Source of the DNA: Trypanosoma brucei
Lineage: Eukaryota
DNA length: 64,000 bases
Assembly: GCA_000002445.1 (NCBI GenBank)
Contig: CH464491.1
Span: forward strand, 1,824,001-1,888,000
Reading direction: 5' to 3'
Shown here piece by piece: positions 55,460-64,000 of the stretch; within the stretch, counting starts at the first letter, position 1, and each line of letters starts with the position of its first letter. Made by a program: the position numbers and the translations under genes. The notes beneath the pieces were generated by a model. It did no database searches. It saw only the letters and a list, made by a program, of their open reading frames with translations, and had not been told where the DNA came from.

Positions 55460-57511
55460 TCATGTGGATTCACTTATCTGCACAACGAACTTTCCATAAA
55501 AATTTTGTGCGAGGTTGTTTCGAAGCCGCGGGTCCTGCTTCAGTTTCTCTCTCACTTTTTGCAGCAGCAAGTCATCCATCTGCAGGAGCTTTTGTAAGAC
55601 AATGGAGCTGCTCTGCTGCGTCGCCATTTGAGCCAGACCAGAAAGCACAAGTTCCACCACACGACCCTTGCCTTGCTGATCCAAACTGGCCATTAGCGTA
55701 CACAAGACATGCTGAGAGCCTTTTTCACATGCAAGCGAGACGAAGTTACGAAGCAACACATCGCAGATGTCGCGACTAGCGGGGATGGCCTTCTCCACTA
55801 CAAATCGTCCATTGTTGTGCCTAGTGAGTGTCACGACGTGTGCCCGGAGAGCGTTGCAAAGAGCCGTGTGCGTGGAGGCTCCCACATGGTCAAACAGACA
55901 CACCACAACATGGGAGGCGTAGACATGCTGGCACATACGTAGCAGCTCATCGGCCTTAATTAGGCTACGGGCAATTTTCTCCGCCCCAAACACTTTAATA
56001 TATTCTTGAACCATCACATTTCCAATGGAGTCATACATCAAGGCTGTGATGTCGCGTTCGATGGCACTGACGAGTAATTCTCCTACTTTAGACTCCTTAA
56101 CTTTGCATAGTGGTAGAAGCTTCCGCACGACCAAACTTCCTCGTGCATCACTTAACAAGTCCCCCACATTACTTCGTTTGACGAGCATCGCTGCAACCTC
56201 CTCAACTATAGCCTTGTTGGGTAGTGAATTGGCCGTCACGACGACGCAAACAACTACGTGCACAGAAATGGGATGGTCCACCAATGAGGATAACTGTGGG
56301 CCCAACAATTGCAGAAGGTGTTTAAAATTTGTCACCGCTTCCTTTTGTCCGGTGTGTGGGATAAGGGAAATAGCGGCCTGAACCACGAAGTTGGCATCAC
56401 CCGAGCTGCACATTTCCACAATGTTTGCTTCACAAGCCGATAACACAACATTAAATATCTCCGCAGCCTCGTTAGACGCGAGCTCTGTCAAGTCATGCGA
56501 TAGAATCTCCTGCAGAAACTTGCACCCTCGTTTGCTACCAAGCAGCGCCGCAACGTCAATGCCTCTTAGGACGGCGGCGCGGCTGGGACAATGAAGGATG
56601 AAAGTTCGCATGACTGGTGAAGCTACGGGGTCATTGGCAAGGTAAAGCAGCACATCCTGTTTCCCATCCTTATGCTCATTCGTCTTCCCCTGCTTCTTTT
56701 TCCCACCCCCGCCGCTGGTTTCGACGAGGCCCAAGGCATCCTTAAGCCAACTTACCGTTTCGGTTGGAAAGCGCTCGATGAGCCGACGGATGGTAACGGC
56801 TGTGTGGCGGTTGCGGAGTTTCACTTGTATCAAGTCTAGTGTCTCGGCCCCTTGGCACAAAACGTGCAAAGCCCTTCGCTGAATTTCGTGGTCTCCATTC
56901 AGCACCAACGAACTCATCACCTTGCATGCAACGTAATGCTCGTGGAGGGCCTCATTTTCTTCGAACAGACGCATCACAACATCAAGTACCATCAACTTCC
57001 TCTTTTCATCGCAGCTTGGAGCGCCCAACGCGTTCAACAGAGCACACACCACACGACCACCGCACTCGTCTTGTACAAGATCCTCAAGAAGTGTGAGCGG
57101 TTCTTCACCTTCATCCTCGTCTGTTGTAGCCGCCTGGCGATCAAGGGAAATAAACACATCTAAAATGTGGCTCAAGGTTTCTTCGTCGAGTTTCCCGTCA
57201 TCTCGCGGTCGCTTGCGCGATACTCCGGCCTGCTCTTCTCCCGCGCTGGTCTCGCAGAGTAAAAGTGAGCAAAGATCATCGCATGCAGCAGGAAGCCTAC
57301 AAGCCTGAGCGAATTGGGCAATGAGCAGCGCCTTCTTTTCCTCCGACACGGCAGCCCTTTGCGGTGTTGTGCGTTTCACAAGTCGTTCGGTGGTGGCGGC
57401 AAAGTCGCCCCGCCGCACGGCTTTCGCAACTATTGACTTTCGCTCGCGATTCTCACGTGTGTGACGCACCTGCCGCTGCTGTGAGCGCTGTAGCGTTCCC
57501 TTCTTGCCCAT
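55460..57511 (-). CDS. Pumilio/PUF-family RNA-binding protein; the ORF extends to 57670 but the likely start is MGKKGTLQRSQQ
   Basis: Multiple Puf-repeat-like units with the hydrophobic-x-x-Q/E core (GNVMVQEYIKVFG, GSLVVRKLLP, ANFVVQAAISLIP, GRFVVEKAIP, GSQHVLCTLM, SSIVLQKLLQ, GKFVVQISE). The N-terminal region is basic. Confidence 0.6.
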   Translation of the reverse strand: MGKKGTLQRSQQRQVRHTRENRERKSIVAKAVRRGDFAATTERLVKRTTPQRAAVSEEKKALLIAQFAQACRLPAACDDLCSLLLCETSAGEEQAGVSRKRPRDDGKLDEETLSHILDVFISLDRQAATTDEDEGEEPLTLLEDLVQDECGGRVVCALLNALGAPSCDEKRKLMVLDVVMRLFEENEALHEHYVACKVMSSLVLNGDHEIQRRALHVLCQGAETLDLIQVKLRNRHTAVTIRRLIERFPTETVSWLKDALGLVETSGGGGKKKQGKTNEHKDGKQDVLLYLANDPVASPVMRTFILHCPSRAAVLRGIDVAALLGSKRGCKFLQEILSHDLTELASNEAAEIFNVVLSACEANIVEMCSSGDANFVVQAAISLIPHTGQKEAVTNFKHLLQLLGPQLSSLVDHPISVHVVVCVVVTANSLPNKAIVEEVAAMLVKRSNVGDLLSDARGSLVVRKLLPLCKVKESKVGELLVSAIERDITALMYDSIGNVMVQEYIKVFGAEKIARSLIKADELLRMCQHVYASHVVVCLFDHVGASTHTALCNALRAHVVTLTRHNNGRFVVEKAIPASRDICDVLLRNFVSLACEKGSQHVLCTLMASLDQQGKGRVVELVLSGLAQMATQQSSSIVLQKLLQMDDLLLQKVREKLKQDPRLRNNLAQNFYGKFVVQISEST

Positions 57512-58059
57512 CGCGATTTCACCTTCGATATTTGTGCATGTTTGTATAGAGGGGATGGGGAGAAGTGCGTGAAGCCATGAAGGGGAAGTAAAGAAACAAT
57601 GCAACGAACGGATTGCAACCCAAAAGGGGAAAATAGACGGAGGTGGATCGGCGGGTTGGGGAATCACCAAATCAGTGTTGATGGTAAATGGTACAAATGC
57701 TCACTGTGCCAGGTTTAAAAATAAAAGAGGATATGCGGGGTCCAACCGCAGTCGCCTCGGATAAGGCACTTTAATATTAAACGCAAACATCGAAAAGGAA
57801 GGGGTACATGAAGTAACGCCCAGACCCAACAAAGGGAAGAGTAAAAGCGTCGCTGAAACGCAAACTAGTGCTTACTTCCATATTACATTCTCCCTCAGAA
57901 AATAGTTTGGTCCTCTACAGACCATGTATTCCAGAAGGGGAGCCGATCGTGCGTGGCACCACCGAAGAATGAAGACAGAAGCCATAGAATAATCTATGAA
58001 ACAAACACCTTTATTTAAACACGTACACGTGTGCATGTGCGCATGAGCGCGCTAAACCA

Positions 58060-59787
58060 TCACACGAACCACCCCTTGCCACCCCGTATTCCCTTCACCT
58101 GGCCAAACCGTGGAACGCCGTACTCTGTAAGCGACTGGTATTTTACAGTCGCGTACAAACCTGTCAACGACCGTTTATTAGTACGCCCCGATGCCGGAGT
58201 TCCGCCACCCTTGCGGCCGCCAGTAACATCCAGCAGATGTCGCAAGAGAGCTTGCTGGTTCTCAGCATTCATTTTTGGCAGGGAAACATTGAATACACGT
58301 CCCGTGTCGCTAAGGCACTGAACCCCATAGAAGATGACAGTGTCGCTGTTGTTACCCTTCATTGCAGCCCTCCCCTGCGGGGTTCTCGGCGCCGAAACGC
58401 CAAGGCTTTCATGAAGTGAGGAGACGGGTATACGCAAAAAACTCCGCGACCGTGCGTCTGCTGTGGGGGGTTTGAGAAGGGGCCTCAAGATGGCGTACTC
58501 CTTGTCCGCAAACGGAAGGAGTTTTGCTGCAGTTGGACTGCGGCGGCCATTCGTTTTGGCTCGCCGAAGCACCTTCTCCACAATTTCCCTGTGATCAGCA
58601 GCTTCATCGCTCCCGGCTCCATTTTTATTTCCATCGGAAGTGTCGGTTTCAGTTGCACCCGGAGCGTCGCAGGTGACCACGCACTCGCCTTCGGAGTGCA
58701 CGCGAAGGAGCCGTGTGCCCCCCGTGACACGCGCTCCATTCCGCCTCGACTCATTCCTACTATGTAGAGCAAACAGGGAAGGTTTCAAGGAAGTAATCAA
58801 GGGATCCAGCAGGCCTTGAAGTACCTTCTTTTCCTTCTCCCTGATTTCATACACGTTTGATGCACTACGAACCACAGCACCCTCGTAGCCAGTTGAGAGG
58901 TATTTGTCAAGATACACAGTTCGGACCTCTTCAAGCGAGGTAATCAGTGTGTAAGGAACGAGCTTCACATACTTGCCGCCGATACCCTGGTAAGCAGGCA
59001 CAGGTTCGCGTACAGGCTCCGCACCACTGCATTCTTCCACTGCGCTAGACATCCGTTCAGGGAAAAGGGTTGAGGAAGCCCGTGCCCGCTCCAGAAGGCT
59101 GGCAAGAAAATGCAGTGCCTTAAGGCGTTGCGAGAAAACGGAGTGATTGGGAATAACACGAACCATTTCCAGGTCGGAGATGTGGTTGGCCTCCATGACC
59201 CCGCGCAAGATAGCCAACCGTTCCTTCTCTATCCGTGGGATTCCCCTACCACTCTTGTCGCCTCCGAGTTTCACCCTCTCGTTGGGTTGAAGCGAAACAA
59301 TATCAAATACACACATGATGGGGAGTGATGCCACATACCTGAGCACTTCATCTTCCGAAGAACAAGCGGACTTTGCGGACCGGAGACGGTGGACCAGAGC
59401 TGAGACCGCAAGGAACCCCGTCTGGGTAGCACCGCTGGACGCAGTGCGCGGGTTGTGTGAGCGGTGGATGTAAAGCTCACCATCGAGGACCAGTCGCGGG
59501 TCACCACTAAGCCACCGAAGAAGCCGCAGTTCTTCTTCAATCCACGTCACCCCATAAATGGGGCGACCAAAGCGCGAGAAGCACGTCGACTTTGTTGACT
59601 CGGCTTGGGGAGGCACGTACGATACAATCCGAACCCCATCATGCTTTGGTGAGACGAAATACGGAGGTCCTTGAGGGCTGCTACCAGACGGCGAGGCTGC
59701 AGTGGCCGCACGCTCGAATACATCAAAGGTTGATAATGCCATGGGCTCGAAGGGCAAACCACGCCGGGGTCTTACAAGACGGAACAT
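58060..59787 (-). CDS. ATP-dependent ligase-family nucleotidyltransferase (DNA ligase-like; KxDG)
   Basis: Motif I PKHDGVRIV (KxDGxR), motif IV-like TGYEGAVVRS (EGxxxK/R), motif V-like GGKYVKLVP. The order and spacing fit covalent nucleotidyltransferases (DNA/RNA ligases, capping enzymes). Assignment to DNA ligase rather than another subfamily is tentative. Confidence 0.5.
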   Translation of the reverse strand: MFRLVRPRRGLPFEPMALSTFDVFERAATAASPSGSSPQGPPYFVSPKHDGVRIVSYVPPQAESTKSTCFSRFGRPIYGVTWIEEELRLLRWLSGDPRLVLDGELYIHRSHNPRTASSGATQTGFLAVSALVHRLRSAKSACSSEDEVLRYVASLPIMCVFDIVSLQPNERVKLGGDKSGRGIPRIEKERLAILRGVMEANHISDLEMVRVIPNHSVFSQRLKALHFLASLLERARASSTLFPERMSSAVEECSGAEPVREPVPAYQGIGGKYVKLVPYTLITSLEEVRTVYLDKYLSTGYEGAVVRSASNVYEIREKEKKVLQGLLDPLITSLKPSLFALHSRNESRRNGARVTGGTRLLRVHSEGECVVTCDAPGATETDTSDGNKNGAGSDEAADHREIVEKVLRRAKTNGRRSPTAAKLLPFADKEYAILRPLLKPPTADARSRSFLRIPVSSLHESLGVSAPRTPQGRAAMKGNNSDTVIFYGVQCLSDTGRVFNVSLPKMNAENQQALLRHLLDVTGGRKGGGTPASGRTNKRSLTGLYATVKYQSLTEYGVPRFGQVKGIRGGKGWFV

Positions 59788-60534
59788 TTACCCTGCTGGA
59801 GCCTCTCCTTTTCCCAGAGCCGTTTCCAACTTGCCTGAGTCCTACGCTGGCCTCGCGAATGCAGAGACGGACTATTTGCCCTACTGCTGGAGCTTCTGCC
59901 TCTGCACCCTCTTGGCCGGTGAAGTTTTTAAACAAAGAGCAAAGACGAATGTTATGGACACAACTTAGCGTCTTTCCCAAGGAAAATAAGCGAGTACACG
60001 CCGTATGCTACAAGATGCCGTTTATTGCCTACGTGGCGCCTACTCGCCCAACCCAGTGGAGGAAAACGACCACAAAAATAAAATAAAATAAAGAGCGGAA
60101 GCGCATATCCCTGCTCCCACCAAATTATTTCTCCACCAGCCGATAGTTTCACTCACCGCACTCAAGCCGTTATGATGGACACCCGTTACAATCAGAACCG
60201 GCAACCACACACCCGCACGTATCGTAAGTTGACGACATATTCGCCCTAGCCCCTGCACACCAGCAACATGTGTGTTTTGCATTCAGTGAGTGTGCGTGAT
60301 GAAAAGGAAGTATGGTCACACCACTCCTTCCCCTTGTAGCATGCCGGGACTTACGAGCAGAGAGTTCCCGCCACCGTCACTGAAGGCAAGAAAGGCAAAA
60401 AAAACAACAACGACCGAACACCAACTCGCAGCAGCTGCTTGTGGCATTGCTACATCCTTTTCGCTCCTTCTGTACGCGGAGGGAGTGGAGAGAGACAAAA
60501 GACCATATTATATAGAATATCGCCCACCGCTTCA

Positions 60535-62169
60535 TCAGTTTTCGAAATCCGCGTCGCCGGACGCGGATACATTCATGCTTTTCGTCAGGCAAGATGCATC
60601 ACTTGCAAATGGAGACTGTGTACTTGAGTAGCAGTGCGAGCTGTTGTTGATGCTTTTATTATTATTGGTACTACGATCAACAACACTGCAATGTTGTGAT
60701 GGGCCGGTGCCTGCTTTCGGTTGAGGAACAACAGCCATCAGAAGCTTAGCCAGTGAGCGGGCACCCTGGCGCGTCTCCGCCTTCTTTGTGGAGGCTACTC
60801 CAACAGCTGTTTTTCCACTTCGGCTAGGACTGCCATTAAGTTTGGCATGCGCTACAGCATCTCGCGTAGCTCCTGCCCTCTCATTGAATATGCCAGATGT
60901 ATGCTCATGCGAGGAAAGAGATGGCACGGTGCCGTGCTCACCCACACCTCTTGTGCCATCAAAGGTTCCTGCAAAATTGTTCCGCCCCGGCGGCGGAGAT
61001 AAGACACAATCGAGGGTGCGTTGCATCTTCTGCAGCCTTTCCAAAAGTGCTGCGTTCTCATCAGCTAGTTTCCCGTTTGTGTGCTCCAGAGCTTGAACAC
61101 GTCGATGAAGTTCGCCATTCGCCTTCTCGTATGACTCACATGTCATCTGGCAGCAACGGAGCTCTGACTGCAAGTGCCTCAACACATATTCCATTGGGTC
61201 CTCTTCGTAACACTCTGCGACAGATTGAGTGGGGTCCGAGTGGATAGGCTGCGGTGAGGTGCGGCCATCGCTAGTGTCCTGTGAAACATCAACACTGGTG
61301 TAAGCAGTTCTGCATCCCAAGTTATTAACTTCCTCAAGTGCACTCTGCGTGTGCATAGTATATGCCAACACCTCCTTACTGCATTCCCATCCTTCTTCCT
61401 TATGGCTGGAAACGCGTTTTTCCCTATTCCCCTCCTCTGATACTTCGGTTTCTGCTGTGGAGGAAGATGAGCTTTTGAAAGCCGTAGCATCATGGGCGTC
61501 TGTGGAATGCCCTGGGAGATGTGTTGCATCCCTCAGAGGTGGCGTATCCGAGTGAGATGTAGAAACCAATACTGCCGCCGTTGACGGAAAGTCGATGGTC
61601 GCTATACTCGGTGGCAAAACCGCTTGAACAGCCAAGAAGTGGCGGCGGCTGCTTGCAACGGGGTTTCCTGCTAAGGCCAACGTCTTCAGTGAGCGAAGCC
61701 CCCTAAGAGAAACGAGGCCCTCTGCCGATCGAACGACATTATGCCGAGCCTGTACCTCCCTCAAATTAGTACATTTTTCCACGCCCGTAAAGGAGCTTAG
61801 CATATTAGCGGACACATCCAGAGTAAGCAACGTAGGTGGTAACCCCAGGAGGCTGGTCACGTGATTGTTTGTGACGACGAGCACCTCTAGCCGTGGGAGC
61901 TGCGCCACTCCGTCGAGATCGCGAAGCGCGTTAAATGATGCGTCCAGTTGTCGCAGTGTTGTCGGCACTGGCCGCAACGACATTAGGTTGTTGTGCGAAA
62001 CATCCAACACCGTTAGGGCTGTAAGTGAGTGGAGACTACCAAGGGACGGAATGTTGTTGTGGGATAGGTCCAGTTGTTCAATAGAGCAAAGAATTTCTTT
62101 CTCATCCTCGGAACAGAATGCCGATGAATCGAACTTATTTATATTCCGGTGAGAGAGGTCGATCTTCAT
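60535..62169 (-). CDS. Leucine-rich repeat protein with a central coiled coil
   Basis: N-terminal tandem ~22-residue LRRs (LDLSHNNIPSLGSLHSLTALTVLDVSHNNLMSL...; LxxLxLxxN pattern repeated >8 times). A heptad-rich segment follows (LQSELRCCQMTCESYEKANGELHRRVQALEHTNGKLADENAALLERLQKMQ). Confidence 0.7.
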   Translation of the reverse strand: MKIDLSHRNINKFDSSAFCSEDEKEILCSIEQLDLSHNNIPSLGSLHSLTALTVLDVSHNNLMSLRPVPTTLRQLDASFNALRDLDGVAQLPRLEVLVVTNNHVTSLLGLPPTLLTLDVSANMLSSFTGVEKCTNLREVQARHNVVRSAEGLVSLRGLRSLKTLALAGNPVASSRRHFLAVQAVLPPSIATIDFPSTAAVLVSTSHSDTPPLRDATHLPGHSTDAHDATAFKSSSSSTAETEVSEEGNREKRVSSHKEEGWECSKEVLAYTMHTQSALEEVNNLGCRTAYTSVDVSQDTSDGRTSPQPIHSDPTQSVAECYEEDPMEYVLRHLQSELRCCQMTCESYEKANGELHRRVQALEHTNGKLADENAALLERLQKMQRTLDCVLSPPPGRNNFAGTFDGTRGVGEHGTVPSLSSHEHTSGIFNERAGATRDAVAHAKLNGSPSRSGKTAVGVASTKKAETRQGARSLAKLLMAVVPQPKAGTGPSQHCSVVDRSTNNNKSINNSSHCYSSTQSPFASDASCLTKSMNVSASGDADFEN

Positions 62170-62659
62170 GCGGGGTACGTCTCTGGTCTTCCTTTCTTCT
62201 ATGGCGTTATCAGTGCGGCGTTTTCCCGCTTACACTCAAGTGTTTCGGAATTAGAGTTTTGGGGGTCAAATTTATTCGATACCACCCTTGCTCCCTTATT
62301 GGAAGAACAGCTCCTTATGTTGAGGGACTCTTCAACCTCTTTAGTCGGCTCGTCTCTAGAGTTAACCACGGGCGCTCTGATAATGGAAACGAGAAAAGAC
62401 ATGGGGGAAGCATGGGCTACAGTGAGGGCCTACCACATATTTATTCAAACTTTAGTCAAGTGGACGATACGAGTGTACCGTAGAGAAAGAGAATGGACCA
62501 CTGGAGGGAAAACGGTCCTACGCCACTCCGAATTTATACTGTTTACTCGGCACGTATATGCAAACGACAGTGACGGCACTGTGCAGGTACCAATTACAGT
62601 GCGCATCCACATCCACATCTACACACAAGCACAAACACAAACGCACACGACACTACACC

Positions 62660-63985
62660 CTAGTCGTCTTCGTCTCCATCCTCCTCCTCATCGCCCAAAA
62701 CAGTGTCATCGCAGCTGTTATATTGCTTTTTGGTCGCGTCGAAATCAGAACCAGGCAATTCCACAAGGTGAACCATTGCCATGCTCCTCACGTTACCCGT
62801 GGTGGCGGGAAGCACAACATTGAAGTAGCGCGGGAAACTCTGTACAAGGTAAAATAATCCACCATATCTCTTCCGCACCGCTTCTTGGGCTCCGCGAGGA
62901 AGATGCAGGATTATGTTTGAGCATGCCTTCGGGCCACGCTGTTGCAGGTATTCTGCTATAAGACGCACCAAGTCTTCTTCGGAGAAGTCCTGGCGGATGA
63001 CACCCCGAGGAAGCGGTTGCCCTGGGCGGCTCACGCACCACTGCCCCGCAATCTGGTATTCAAAGTGCTGGAAATATTGTGGATAGTTATTGAAGAAGCT
63101 CCAAAACCTCCGCGGCAGGTAATTTAGTAGTTCCTCGGGGACACTCTTCTTTAAAAACGTTTTGAGTGGAACGTGACCCTTCTTGGGCAGGTAGCGGTGG
63201 AGCTCACGCGCTAGGTTGTCGGGGTCATGAAAGGGATTAGCTGGGTCATTTCGAAATGCGATACGACGCCTCAGGGAACGAATCTTCTTTTTATTCCTTT
63301 CCTGTATAGCGATTTCGAGCTGCTCCTCCAGTGACAAATGCTCCTTGTCGAGGCGGTCTTTGAAGCGCCGCCGCATCACCACATCACCGTTCGCGCTAAG
63401 AGAAAACACAGCGGCGTGGAAACTAAAGAACTTCATGAGTGAACCATAGTAGAGCTCTACCTCTTCCCTGACAGAAGCAGGTATAGACTTCTCAATGTGG
63501 CTGATATCTACCTGTCCTTCCTGCGGCACAAGACGTAGAATATAGTTGCAGCTTTTGGGAGTTGGCGTTGTTTCGCACTCAAGGGAATCGTACCCTGGTG
63601 GGCGTAACAGCACCGAACCGCCATCGCGATCGACGGCAAATGCAAACACATGTTGCATCTGCGCAAAATAAATGATGGCAGCTGGCCCCTTGAAGGGTAG
63701 TAAAGACACCACTTCATACCCAGTGCGCTCGAGGAGGATGCGGAGTGGCATCCACCGCCCCGTAACCCCACCGAAGGCGGTAATGAACGGCTGCAGAAAC
63801 TTTGGATCTGGTTTGTATGCGGCAAACCGCTCCTCCGCCACTTCACATCCATCAAGTGGGAACTTAGCGTACCCTCCGTAAAGCCTGATATACTTGCGCC
63901 CATGTACAGACACCACCTCGGAGGCACGGTGCTTGAAGTACATCTCAATGTGCTCTTCCGTGTAGCCTGGCATTTGCCCAAGCAC
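62660..63985 (-). CDS. Hypothetical protein, 441 aa, with an acidic C-terminal tail
   Basis: A long co-oriented ORF with non-repetitive composition and a C-terminal DEEEDGDEDD. I recognised no domain. The true start could lie beyond the window edge. Confidence 0.45.
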   Translation of the reverse strand: MLGQMPGYTEEHIEMYFKHRASEVVSVHGRKYIRLYGGYAKFPLDGCEVAEERFAAYKPDPKFLQPFITAFGGVTGRWMPLRILLERTGYEVVSLLPFKGPAAIIYFAQMQHVFAFAVDRDGGSVLLRPPGYDSLECETTPTPKSCNYILRLVPQEGQVDISHIEKSIPASVREEVELYYGSLMKFFSFHAAVFSLSANGDVVMRRRFKDRLDKEHLSLEEQLEIAIQERNKKKIRSLRRRIAFRNDPANPFHDPDNLARELHRYLPKKGHVPLKTFLKKSVPEELLNYLPRRFWSFFNNYPQYFQHFEYQIAGQWCVSRPGQPLPRGVIRQDFSEEDLVRLIAEYLQQRGPKACSNIILHLPRGAQEAVRKRYGGLFYLVQSFPRYFNVVLPATTGNVRSMAMVHLVELPGSDFDATKKQYNSCDDTVLGDEEEDGDEDD

Positions 63986-64000
63986 GTCGTCCAGTGGAAC

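Noticed and set aside
1-64000. Retroposons (ingi/RIME/SLACS/L1Tc/VIPER), RHS or surface-antigen gene families
   Set aside because: There are no long RT/endonuclease-like ORFs, no terminal poly(A)-flanked direct repeats, and no multigene-family-like ORFs. Only the GC-rich block at 28069-31756 is flagged as a possible degenerate remnant.

Overview
This window looks like nuclear chromosomal DNA from a kinetoplastid, most likely a Trypanosoma species; it is not prokaryotic. Three things point that way. Every credible protein-coding ORF (about 19) lies on the minus strand, as expected for a polycistronic gene cluster. The intergenic regions are rich in homopolymers and microsatellites, with alternating purine-rich and pyrimidine-rich blocks typical of trans-splicing and polyadenylation signals. 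Several products match trypanosomatid gene families.

Confident products:
- M17 leucyl aminopeptidase (NTDAEGR signature)
- 3-methylcrotonyl-CoA carboxylase beta / carboxyltransferase
- cytochrome b5
- a bacterial-type Tex/SPT6-like protein (YqgF/HhH/S1)
- a protein kinase
- an APC-type amino-acid/polyamine permease
- a TPR protein, a CCHC zinc-knuckle protein, a PUF (Pumilio) protein and an LRR protein

Lower-confidence products:
- a Pus10-like pseudouridine synthase
- a La-motif+RRM protein
- a Cgm1-like bifunctional mRNA capping enzyme (cap N7-methyltransferase motif VLEICCGG..LRKW at the C-terminus)
- a KxDG ATP-dependent ligase-family protein

One clear RNA gene is present: a tRNA-Gly(CCC) on the plus strand at 50612-50682. 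It sits inside an ORF-free island of about 6.4 kb (49000-55450) that interrupts the minus-strand gene array.

The most unusual structures are:
(i) a 9.8 kb tract (6541-16376) with no ORF over 166 aa, made of low-complexity sequence and microsatellites, inside a co-directional cluster;
(ii) a 3.7 kb GC-rich, non-repetitive block (28069-31756) with no ORF in any frame;
(iii) the tRNA island, which carries strong AC/GT strand asymmetry and GC hairpins and is a candidate head-to-tail transcription boundary;
(iv) a short interstitial telomeric repeat, (CCCTAA)2CCCC.

I found no CRISPR array, no prokaryotic defence system and no recognisable mobile element. All protein calls rest on motifs recalled from memory and were not checked against any database.
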